DNA from: Felis catus
Lineage: Eukaryota
Direction of reading: 5' to 3'
Assembly (NCBI RefSeq): GCF_018350175.1
Contig: NC_058377.1
Location: 16,554,001-16,618,000 of the forward strand
Length of the DNA: 64,000 nucleotides
This document shows, piece after piece, positions 29,930 to 45,500 of the stretch (its first letter is position 1; each line of letters begins with the position of its first letter). The notes beneath the pieces were generated by a model. The model had not been told where the DNA came from, made no database searches, and worked only from the letters and a program-made list of their open reading frames with translations. Made by a program: the position numbers and the translations under genes.

Positions 29930-30293
29930 CCAGCTCTGAAGGCGACTTTGCTTTTGGTGGGGTTGCAGTCAAGGACCAACAGAAAACCTTTCATTCTAGA
30001 GGCTGGGACGTCTGTCCAAAGTTCTTCTGGGACATTTTTGGTTTCTGCCACCGTAGTTATTTCAAACAACAAATGGTCTCCCAGGGAACACCAAGAAAGC
30101 CGTGATCAGGCAAACCTAGGACTTGCCCCTCTCTGGCTAACCCGTGTGTCTATCAGGTGAGCCACGTATCAGATAGCCCCCTCCCCCACCAGCCCCCACC
30201 AGCCCCCACGACTCAGGAAGATAGGAGTCTACAAAGTCAACCCTACAACTCGTACAGAACGAGCACAGACATTGCGTTTTTAAAAAACAATCC

Positions 30294-30299
30294 TTTAAT
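30294..30299 (-). terminator. H2AX: Poly(A) signal ATTAAA of the long H2AX mRNA
   Basis: TTTAAT on the + strand about 800 nt past the H2AX stop, followed on the - strand by a T-rich tract. Confidence 0.65.
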
Positions 30300-31013
30300 A
30301 AACAAAATTAGTCCATCTGAAACTCCCCAATATGTAAGGTACTAGTCTTGGATGGGTTATAGCTGCAAAATTCCAGTTCCGAAGCTATCGGAGGCTCAGT
30401 GCAGACGGGGACTCACGGGCCGGTGCTGGTACGAGGCGCGTGGCCCGGTAGAGTAGTCGCCGGAAGCGAAGTGGGGCGAGCGGCGGAGCCAGAGGGCCCG
30501 GCGGCGGTCACACTGCGGGCGCGCGCACACCTCCTGCGGTCCCCGTGGCCCGCAAACCCGGGCTCCCCGCCCATTCCCCGCCGCGGGCCGGCCCCCCGGG
30601 CGAAGGAGGCGGGAGCCGGGGGGGGCTGCCAGGACGAACGGCGATGGGTCTTTCCTGCACCGCGTGCGATAGAGTCCCGGCCCCGGCGCGCGCCTCAGCC
30701 CTGCGTCAGAGCTGCGAGCGGCTCTTCCAGAAGGCACCGCGGCCTCACCGCAGCCCACCGGCTGTTCCGGGGCCGACGCGGCTGAGTCACGGGCGCCGCG
30801 GAGGGCAGGTGCGCGCCCCCAGCCCCCTCCCAGCCGCAGCTCTCTGGTCTCTGCGCCAGGCGAGCGGGGCCGCCCCTCGGCCCGAGACACCGAGAGCGAG
30901 GACCCGCGAGCCCGCGCGGGGGAGGGGTGGGCCGGGCGGCGGCGGCGGCGACCACGACAACGCGGGAGGGGGAGCCGAGCGCCGCGGCCTCCCGCCCCGA
31001 GCCCGACGTGGCT

Positions 31014-31024
31014 CAGCTCTTTCC
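31014..31024 (-). promoter_or_regulatory. H2AX: Histone downstream element (U7 snRNA site) GGAAAGAGCTG
   Basis: Purine-rich AAAGAGCTG core about 15 nt downstream of the stem-loop. Confidence 0.85.
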
Positions 31025-31038
31025 GTGAGGGCTGTGGT

Positions 31039-31054
31039 GGCCCTTAAAAGGGCC
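31039..31054 (-). terminator. H2AX: Histone 3' stem-loop GGCCCTTTTAAGGGCC
   Basis: Minus strand reads CACAAA-GGCCCT-TTTA-AGGGCC-ACCAC, the canonical SLBP-binding hairpin. Confidence 0.95.
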
Positions 31055-31095
31055 TTTGTGGTGGCATGGGGGGCCGGCTGCGACACGGGCTCCCC

Positions 31096-31775
<680 letters not shown>

Positions 31776-32346
31776 TTGCCCGGGGAAAAAGGCGAGGAGG
31801 AGTGGTAGCACGCAGCCAGCCAGCCACTCCCTGATGTAGCCAATCTATGTGAAGGGCGCCAGATTTAAACGCTCCAGCTGGAGCCCAGAACCGGAAGACA
31901 AAGAGGGTGGAGTCTGAGCCACCTCAAGAGCCTCTGGGAAATCTTTGCGGGCCTAGGAGTTTTCACGGCAAGGGGTCAACACCACTGCCTCCCCTTCCAG
32001 GTTTGGTCACCCTCTTTTTTTCTCCCTCCTCCCATCCTGCAAAGGTAAAGCTGAAGAGGGAATAAATAAGACGCGCCTGCCACCCCAATTCTATCCCACA
32101 CCAGAGAGCAGGTAAGTCCAATCTTACGGCCTTTCCTGCTACCTGAAGTAGCGGGACTTCGATATTTATTCAACATATTCTATCCAGTCTCCGTTCTTTG
32201 TTCACTTCCCAATACACTGAAAGAAAAAGGAGGGGCCGAGAGAGAGGCATCCTCTTGAAGGAGGTGCCTCCACCCACCCTCCCAATCTACCCTAAAATGC
32301 CCATATAGGAAATACACCTACCGGAACAACAAGAAAAAGACAACAC

Positions 32347-32352
32347 TTTATT
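32347..32352 (-). terminator. DPAGT1: DPAGT1 polyadenylation signal AATAAA (second candidate at 32165-32170)
   Basis: TTTATT on the + strand about 430 nt past the stop. Confidence 0.7.
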
Positions 32353-32778
32353 GTCACCACTGGAAGCACCTGGCCCCCCAGTCTGCTCTTAGTGATCAGA
32401 ATACTTCTAGTCAGATATCAAGTGATCTTCAAGCCCGTGTCCCTATCCCCAGCCAGGGTTCTATTCTCAGGCCCAACATATTCCTTCAGAGTCAGAGTTG
32501 TGGATAACTGCATAAAAGCTGCAGTATCCCACCTTCGGAGGCTGCAAAGACGGGATGGAGAGGGAGAGTGGCAGGTTGAAGGAAGCCATAGCCAAAATCC
32601 AATCCACAGTCGTTAGATGTCAATAATCACAGCAGAAAGGAAATGCTAAGTACAAAATCTGGAGGAGAATGAAAGGTGGGAGAGGCCTGGCCAGGAGGCA
32701 TTTCGCGTCCAGAAAGAGGTGGTGGGCCTGAGTCAGGAACCCTGCAGACCGTGCAGTACAGGGCAATGATCAGGGGAC

Positions 32779-37122
<4,344 letters not shown>

Positions 37123-38628
37123 GATGACCAGCCAGGGGGCCCGCTCCGCCGCCTCCGCAGCTAAAGGGCAAGCTGGGCGGGAGCCCTCGGCCCTCAGCAG
37201 GGGGAAGTGGCTGCGTCTTCCCAGAGCCGTCTGAGCGAAACCCAACAACTCCGACTTGAGCCGCCCTCGGGACTCCGGCGGGCCTCTATAGAGCAACCTC
37301 GCCTGTGGCCCCACTGCATTTGCCTTCCCACGGTTTCCTCCCGGATCTTGCTCGCAGAGCAACCAGCGTTGTGGGAGGCGGCGGCGGCCATTTTTAATGC
37401 GGGCACGAGAGCGGGGAACCGGAGTGTTATTTTAAACTTCAGCCTTTTATTCGAGAGTTGAGTCACCACGAGGGTATTGGGAAAGTAATTAAAAAGACAA
37501 ACAAGAGTGGATACTTTCCTAAGACCATATTAAAGGTGTACAGCCCAAAGCGGAAAAATTCCTTGCCCGGTTCCAAAATGAACACCTCCTTGTCCCACGT
37601 GTCTGACGCCGCTTTCTGTTGGTTCCACGTCAGTTTTAGGTCGGCCGGCCGCCTCAGGTCACATTTAAAGGGCCAGTACCCCGCGTTTCCTCTGGGGTAC
37701 CTCTGGAGCCGGGAAGATGGCTCCTGGAGGCAAGGGGAAGGGCAGGAGGGACGAGGATGAGGAGCACCCCTGCTCCTGGTAGAAAACTTGTTGCCAACGT
37801 AGTCGGAAGCCAAGGTAAAAGCAGCTTGGCTCCTGGAAACGCAACTACAGTTTGGAAGATGATGTAAATTCTAAAGCCCAGACACTTGAAAACTCCCTCC
37901 CACTCCATGTTTTTCTTGTCCTTGATTCAGGTACTCTTCTTTCAAAGTCCCACCCGCCTTCTACCCCCGCCGAAGCTGTTATTTGCCGGGCAACCCAGCG
38001 GGGCACTTAACCACTGAAGGGACTGAGAGTGCCCTCAGGTCTTGAATTCAACCTGGTACTTGACTTTCCTTAGTCCTGGAACACTGCATTGTGCCAAGCT
38101 CCCAAACCTAAGAGGTGGAGCTGGAAGGTGGCATTGGAAAGAGCTAAGGAAGCAGGAGGCTGAGCCCCACACGTGGTTTCCTGTAGGCCTGAGGAACTGC
38201 CAGTCAGGTTTCTTCCTCTAGGTTACCATGCCTTTTCGTTGGCACCTGTTTCCTTGCAGATAACTGTTCCCCCGTTTCTTCCCTTTCATTCACCAGCAGG
38301 CTTTCAGTGGAAAATGATTTACATTCCACAGAGAGGAAATCGCCACCAGGGAGTACAAAGACAACTCAAGTATCCCCTCACTTTGTCCACTCTCAAAAAT
38401 GGTGCTCACCAGGAGTCAGAGGCAGGTTGACTTTTGGGGCCGAAGATGGTCTCTCCTGTCTCTCACCTGTCAGGTGTGAAATGTCCCTTCGACTTGAAGG
38501 CAGCTGTAATTAGCAAGAAAAAACTCATCTCTGTATAAAATATACTTTATATATATAAAGTAATCCCAGTAATGTACTTGATAGTATTCCACCAGGTTGT
38601 AAGTACTTGTTATTCCACTGGTAGTGTT

Positions 38629-38690
<62 letters not shown>
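38629..38690. repeat. Compound (TC)11(TG)20 microsatellite
   Basis: Perfect adjacent dinucleotide tracts. Confidence 0.97.
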
Positions 38691-38693
<3 letters not shown>

Positions 38694-39816
38694 CGGTGCC
38701 TCTTAGACTGGAAACTCCCCAGAGGTGAGTGTTTTCTGTTCTAAGGGGATCCCCATGGGGCTAAGGACACACAGATATCTGTATACAAGGCATCATCACA
38801 CACAATGAGTCTGGGTCTTGAAAGAGGGTCAAATCACAATAGGAGCACACAGAGCAATTAGGGGGAGGTGAGAGGATGTTGAAGAGTAGCATCTCCAAAG
38901 ATTTCAGTCGGTGGGAAGGGTGGAAGGGCCTCCCAAATAGGGAAAGTGAGACTCCAGGAGCAGGTGGAAAGGAGGAGCTTGTGGGAGCCTCAGAGGAGGC
39001 AGCATTTAGTTATCTTGTTGATCAGGAGCAGGTTGAGACTCCCTGGAGGTTTGAGGGACAGTGTATCTATTTCCTTTTTTATTAGTTCAGTCCTAATAAA
39101 TCTTCCTTCCCAACCTGGCATTGGGAACATTTGACTCTTTCTTCTCCAGAGATCATTAGCCAACCCCCCACCCCCCCCTGCAACCCCCACTGGAACAGGG
39201 TTGGTTGGGGGGGGGGGGCTTGTTCAACGTCAAGACACTAGGGATTTTTCATCCAATATACATGTTTACCATCAGAAAATGGTTACTTGGGTACTTACGT
39301 TATAATCTCAACATTTTTGTACCCATGATGGTAAATGCCCAGTTGATTATCAGACTAGTTAGGAGAAACAAACACAGGACTTGGCCACACTTGAAATTTT
39401 GTGGCTTTCCTGGTTAAAGTTCAAAGCATTTGCCTGAACGCCGAAGCTGGTCCTAGAACTTACAGATGAGGGGAGTCGTCAGTAGCTTCTGCCGGTTTCT
39501 TGGGCTAAGGAGACAATATCTCAGATGCATGTCTCCTACTAGGGAGCCCTGAGCACCTCCCAGTGAGCAAGGCCAATCTATTGTTAAGTCTGATTCCCTG
39601 TCAAAGCCTGTCCCAAAAATGTTTTATAGTGCCTACAAAGTCCATGAGACAGCTTTGGATAGTCTAGGCAATGACACTTGCAGGATCCAGGCTCTTTCCA
39701 GGCAGCTGAGCTACGTTTTTCTTTTCTTCCCATCTCTCCCCTATCAGTATATCAAAAGTTGTTAGCTGAAAGCAAGCCCCAAGATCTCCCATTCCATTGA
39801 GATGAAATGAGTTTTC

Positions 39817-40040
39817 TTTTAAAAAAATTTTTTTTAACGTTTATTTATTTTTGAGACAGAGAGAGACAGAGCTTGAATAGGGGAGAGTCAGAGAGAGAGG
39901 GGGAGACACAGAATCTGAAACAGGCTCCGGGCTCCGAGCTGTCAGCACAGACCCCGACGCGGGGCTTGAACCCACAGACTGCGAGATCATGACCTGAGCC
40001 GAAGTCAGACGCTTAACCAACTGAGCCACGCAGGCGCCCC
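39817..40040 (-). mobile_element. CAN-SINE, felid type
   Basis: Full length with CpGs intact; perfect 13-bp TSD gaaatgagttttc (39804-39816, 40041-40053). Confidence 0.95.
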
Positions 40041-40131
40041 GAAATGAGTTTTCAAAAGATGGAAACAGTATAGAAATTCTTAGTGTTGACATGCATAATG
40101 GCATATTTTCTGTTAGACTTTTTTAAATGAC

Positions 40132-40430
40132 AGGGGCACCTGGTGGCTCAGTCGGTTAAGCGGCCAACTCTTGATCTTGGCTTGGGTCATGGTCTTAGAG
40201 TTCGTGAGTTTGAGCCCCACTTTGGGCTCTGCACTGGCCATGCGGAGCCTGCCTGGGATTCTTTCTTCCCTTCGTTTCATGTCTTTTAGAAACATTCTAG
40301 GGGCACCTGGCTGGCTCAAGCCGAAGAGCATGCGACTCTTATCTTGAGGGCATGAGTTTGAGCCTCACGTTGAGTGATTACTAAAAAAGATAAAACTTAA
40401 ATAAAAATTACAAATTTAATAAACTTAAAA
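40132..40430 (+). mobile_element. Two tandem CAN-SINEs (about 40132-40290 and 40299-40430)
   Basis: Two ggggcacctgg heads with CT/A-rich tails. Confidence 0.85.
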
Positions 40431-41599
40431 AAAACCACGTTCTAGGAATCTTTCATCATTTTTGGTGTCCAGTGATGACGCACGCATGGGCAGGACGACA
40501 GCAAGGTTAGTCCATTACCAACCATCCCCCCATCATTTCTTACAGTGAATTCCCAGCATCCCAGGCTACCCCACCACCTCCTCTGGCTCAGGAACCCTGT
40601 TGCTGACCTGCCAGATTCTGCCTAACTCTGCAGCCCTGCACTTTAGAAGGCATTGTTTATTCCCAGATACTCCTTCTTTGGACTACTGACTGGGTTTGGG
40701 AGGGAGATTAATACCTACTCTGTTACCCTGTGTGCTGAACACTTTGCCATATGTACATGGAGAAGGGCCTCTTGGGGAATGGGGCTTCCTTTTAATTCTG
40801 TTGCACGAGTTTCCTTCCTCTCCCTCCAGAAGGAAATGACAAGCTCCTGTCCCGTAGGGATGGAATCTCCTCCCTTAAATCCAGGAAAAGGGATCGATCC
40901 TGAGGCCAGAGTGTACCCAATAGCATCATTTTGTATGTGTGTGCACTTGTTGGGGTATCACATATTTGGATGGCATCACATGTTTTGGCTGAATCTATTG
41001 ATAGTCCAGTGCTATGCTGCCAGCTCCCTTCTCATTACCACCTCTTCTACACGTGCTCCATGGGCAAGAGCTGTTACTATGGAAATATATTATTTTTAAA
41101 AACAGAAGCAGCCCCAGGCTTGGGAAATATCTCCAGAACAAACCCACGCGAGCAAGGAGGTTAATAGGGTGTTCCTGGGTCCTAGGTGCTAGGAGAAGGG
41201 AGGTGGTGGTGGTGGAGGGAGATTAATATTCCATGTTCTATTCTCAGACTCTACTAGGTTCAAGTTCTTTCTGGTCGGTGTCTCCTGGACCTCCGCCAGG
41301 CACTTCTATGTAGGAGGGATGCTCTGCACCTATTTACTCACCCAGGGCCTAGCTTAGGCCAAGAAATGGGAACCAAAGAAGCTGCTGTGCCTAGGGGTGT
41401 TGGGAGAAGGAGCCGACGCCATCCACGGAGGTCATGTCCTTAACCCCACATGCGTCCAAACTATAGAAATCTAAGTGCGTAAGGGAAATCAGAGGAGATA
41501 CCTCAAGTGAGCGAAGTTGCTCTTGCTGTGAGCTTGGGGGAAAGGGAGTACCCCTTTTTCAGTATGGGGCGGGGTGGTCAAAGATCCCGCCTATTTTCA

Positions 41600-42500
41600 A
41601 CCCCGGAACCTCCTCCCCTCGGCGTAGTCCTCCCGCCCTCCTCTAAGCGCTTGGGCGCCGGGCTCGCCAAGCCCCGCCCAGCGCGGGTGCGGCTCCTTTA
41701 AGGGCGGGTGGGGGCGGGGCGCCGGCCGTGTTGTCAATGTCGGCTTTGCGCACGCAGCCCTTCCGGAGCCGGTGCCGGTCCGCGAGCCCCCACGTCTCTG
41801 CAGAAGAGTCCCCGCCCGGGTCCAGAAGGGCCCACGCCGTGGGAGGAGTCGGGCGCTGGCAGGCGACTAACCCAGGTCGGACTGCCGGACCAACTGAGGA
41901 GGGACCCGGATCACGCAGAGAGGGACCCCGGCGCTGCGAGCCCCCAGGACTCCTCTCATCGATCTGTGGCATCCACTAGTTCCGGACACCCATCCCCGCA
42001 GAGCCCCCAAGCCCGCGCGCTCAGCCCCGGGGGAGCCCGCCCCCGCCCCGCGGCCCGCCCGGGCCATGCTCCCCCGGGGCAGCGGCTGAGCCCGTGCCGG
42101 GGCCCGGACCGGAGCCCGTGCAGAGCATGGATCCGGGCTGGGGGCAGCAGGACGTGGGCTGGGCGGCCCTGCTGATCCTCTTCGCCGCCTCGCTGCTCAC
42201 GGTGTTTGGCTGGCTGCTACAGTATGCCCGGGGCTTGTGGCTGGCACGGGCCCGCGGGGGCCGGGGGCCGGGACCCGCCTTAGCTGCCGAGCCCGCGGGC
42301 TCCCTTCGGGAGCTGGGCGTGTGGCGCTCGCTGCTGCGGCTGCGGCCGACTCGGGCTGGTGCCCCCGAGGAGCCAGGCGTCCGGGGCCTCCTGGCGTCGC
42401 TCTTCGCCTTCAAGTCTTTCCGAGAGAACTGGCAACGGGCTTGGGTGCGAGCGCTGAACGAGCAGGCCTGCAGGGACGGGGTGAGTTGGACAGGAGCACC
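41600..42500 (+). promoter_or_regulatory. C2CD2L: C2CD2L CpG-island promoter and exon 1
   Basis: GC boxes, TTTAAG followed by gggcgggtgggggcgggg, GC-rich 5'UTR. Confidence 0.75.
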
Positions 42501-45500
42501 TAGGTGGTTCCCTCAGCCTTTCCTTCCAGGGTGGGGAGGGAGGGACTGCTCTTGCCTGGAGGGCCAGATGGGGGTGGGGATCAACTGGAGAACCCTACGG
42601 CTTCTCTTCCCCTCTGGGATCACAGAAAAGGGTGCAGGTGAGGCTGGAGGTTGTAGAAATCTAGCTATGTCCCAGATCCTCTATTCTGTGGTCAAGGTAC
42701 TCTCTGGCTGCAAACCCAAGCACAAGTTGCTGTTTTCATAGCAACGCTAATCCCTGGGCCCGAGGGCACTTCCGTGTAGCCTGGGTGCTGGTTGTGTCGG
42801 GGAGCAAGGATAGAAGGGAAACAGGTGCACCTGCAGAAGAAATTTGCCTGGTCCTCATGCCACCACACCCAGTTAACATTTCATGCCCCCAATCCCTGGT
42901 TTGATCAGGCAGATAGATCCCCAAGGAGCCTGAAATATACCCCCCCCGCCCCCCTACCCCCCCCCCCACCCTTAGTAATTTCACTGATACAGTCTAACAC
43001 ACCCTTCTTTTTGCTGACCTGCAGTGTATATATTGAGGAAAAGGTGTTAAGGTGGAGAGCAGATTGACAGTCCATGCCCCTCTCAGTAGATGAGTCTGGA
43101 ACTGCCTCTTGAGGGTCAGTCACAAACCAGCCCAGCCTACTTCCTCCCATTGCACCATGGGCATCTGGTCTCCCAGGAAGTAGGGCAGGAAGCGTGGTCA
43201 TAAGACTGAGGTGGGGTGGGAGGTAGAGGCCTCCGTGTCATGGGGCCCTCTCCCATCCCGGCCCAGTATTCTGTCTTCACTCTCACAGCCCATCAGCCCC
43301 CTACCCAGAAGGTTCTCCATTTCCAGCTCCCACTAGGGCTTTGCTCCACTAGCTCCCCAGATGCCTGGAAACAAAAGTGGCCACGTAAGAAGTTGCTCAG
43401 TCTCCTCTGTCCAGCTAGCCAGCAGAAAGCCAGATGGCATCTGTTAGTCTACATCTTGAACTCATGCCTCCACCCACTTCTCCCTGTACCTTGTCCCTTG
43501 GTCAGGAGAGACTCCCCAGGACAGCTGACTCAGCTGGACATTGGCCTCCCTTGCAGGGGGTGGGGAGATTGGGGTTCCTAGCATCCATCTCCCCATCTCC
43601 CTGGGCCTGGCCTTCAAACAAGCCAGCTACAGGCGCAGAGAAGTTGGTGTTCTCGGGTGTGCCAGGCACACGGGCCCTGTGAATCTGTTTCCTCCCATCC
43701 CAAGACCCGAGGAAGGGCTACCAGCTCAGTGGGTGCCCCTTCTTCAGTTCTCCTTCCCATCCTGCTTTCTGGATGGGACTGCAGTAGGCTGTTTCCACTG
43801 CTGTGTAAGAATCAGGAAGCTCTTTCAAGACCCAAGCTAAGCAGCTTTCTGCTGCCTAATACCACCCTGCTGTCTGCCTTGGGGAATTAGCCAGGCCTCT
43901 GGAAGCTTGAGCTCTCTGAGCTTGCTTTTCTTGCCAGTGCCTCTGGTAAAGTTCCCCACGCCCATGTGGAGCTAGTCCTCAACCTCAAGAATATAGATAG
44001 GGTCATACTCTTGAGCCTCTGCATTCTGTGTATGTAGACGTAGGCTTAGCCTCATTTCTCCAGCTCTTATCTTGAATAAGTGGCCCTATTGCTTTTGCCT
44101 TTAGCTCAGCCGAGTCACTCTCTCCCTCACTATACGTAGGTAGCAACCAACACCTTTATTATTTTTTTTTCCCGGTGCGCACCTTTCTTTGGGGGTAGGT
44201 TGAGGAATGAAGAGAAAGGTGGGAGGAGAAGAGGGAGGCTCCTAGCATTCCAGGAGGAATCTAGGGTCTTCAGCTCAAGGTGATCTGGTCTTTGAGGTGG
44301 TCTAGCTCCTCCATCCTTCCTAGCAACTGCAGGCCCCAGAGAGGTGTGGTTCAAGGGGAACACTCCCTGTCCTAAAACCCTGAGCCAAGAAGGGGCCAGA
44401 AGCCAGCCTGCAGCTGAGGACTCCGCAGTGCCAGGACCCAGCCAGCAACCCAGCAGGCCAGCCCTGTGGGGGGCAGCTCCGGAGACCTGACCCTGTGTCC
44501 ACATTACTTACTCCCTCAGAGTTCCATCCAAATCGCCTTTGAGGAGGTGCCCCAACTCCCACCCAGAGCCAGCATTGGTCATGTGACCTGCGTAGACCAA
44601 TCAGAGCGCACCATGGTAAGGGGCTGCCGGGCACTGCCTTCTATAGGCCCCGAGGGGGGCTGGTCCCAAGAGTTTCCTTTAGTCTGAGGGTTCTTGGCCT
44701 GAAGTCTGTGAATGCCTTAGGAATGCAAGGATTGGCTTCAGGAGGTCTGAGAATCCCATTAAAGTTGCATGCGAAATGTAGCACATGTGTGTGTATATGT
44801 GCATTTTTCTGGAGAGAGGAGTCTTTGACTTTAATTCTTCTATGGGCTTGTGACCCCAGAAGGGTGAAGTCCCAAGGAAAACCCAGTGGGGAGGGCTCTC
44901 TAAAGGGCAGCGCAAAGCAAGGTTGGGCGCCTTCCTCCATGCCTGACCCTCCTGGCCTCCGTGCTTCGCTTGTCTCAGGTGCTGCATTGCCAGCTCTCTG
45001 CTGAGGAGGTGATGNNNNNNNNNNNNNNNNNNNNNNNNNNNNNNNNNNNNNNNNNNNNNNNNNNNNNNNNNNNNNNNNNNNNNNNNNNNNNNNNNNNNNN
45101 NNNNNNNNNNNNNNNNNNNNNNNNNNNNNNNNNNNNNNNNNNNNNNCTCAGCCTTTCAGTTTGGTTCCCTCTGGGACAGAATTTGGGAAGGGAGGGTCCT
45201 GGGGAGTAGGAGTAGTTGGAGGTGTGAGGCAAGTCAACCCAGCCCCTTTGTCCCTCCTCCGCAGTTGGAAGTCAGCCTGGAGGAAATCCCTGATGAGGGG
45301 CTGCTTGTGTCCTGGGCCTTCACTGATCGTCCAGATCTCAGCCTGACGGTGCTTCCCAAGCTGCAGGCCAGGGAGGTAAGGGGGCAGGGCTCGGCGGAAG
45401 AGGCAGAGCAAGGAGGGGGTGCAGAGCTGGGGGCCCCACCTCTTTATTCTCCTTTTCTCCCTACAGAGAGGCGAGGAGCAAGTAGATCTCTCCACCATTG

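Noticed and set aside
41437-41444. Perfect U12 branch consensus TCCTTAAC (also 62943-62950)
   Set aside because: No upstream RTATCCTT donor in a transcribed context; the HINFP intron holding the second copy has a U2 donor and the motif is at the wrong end.
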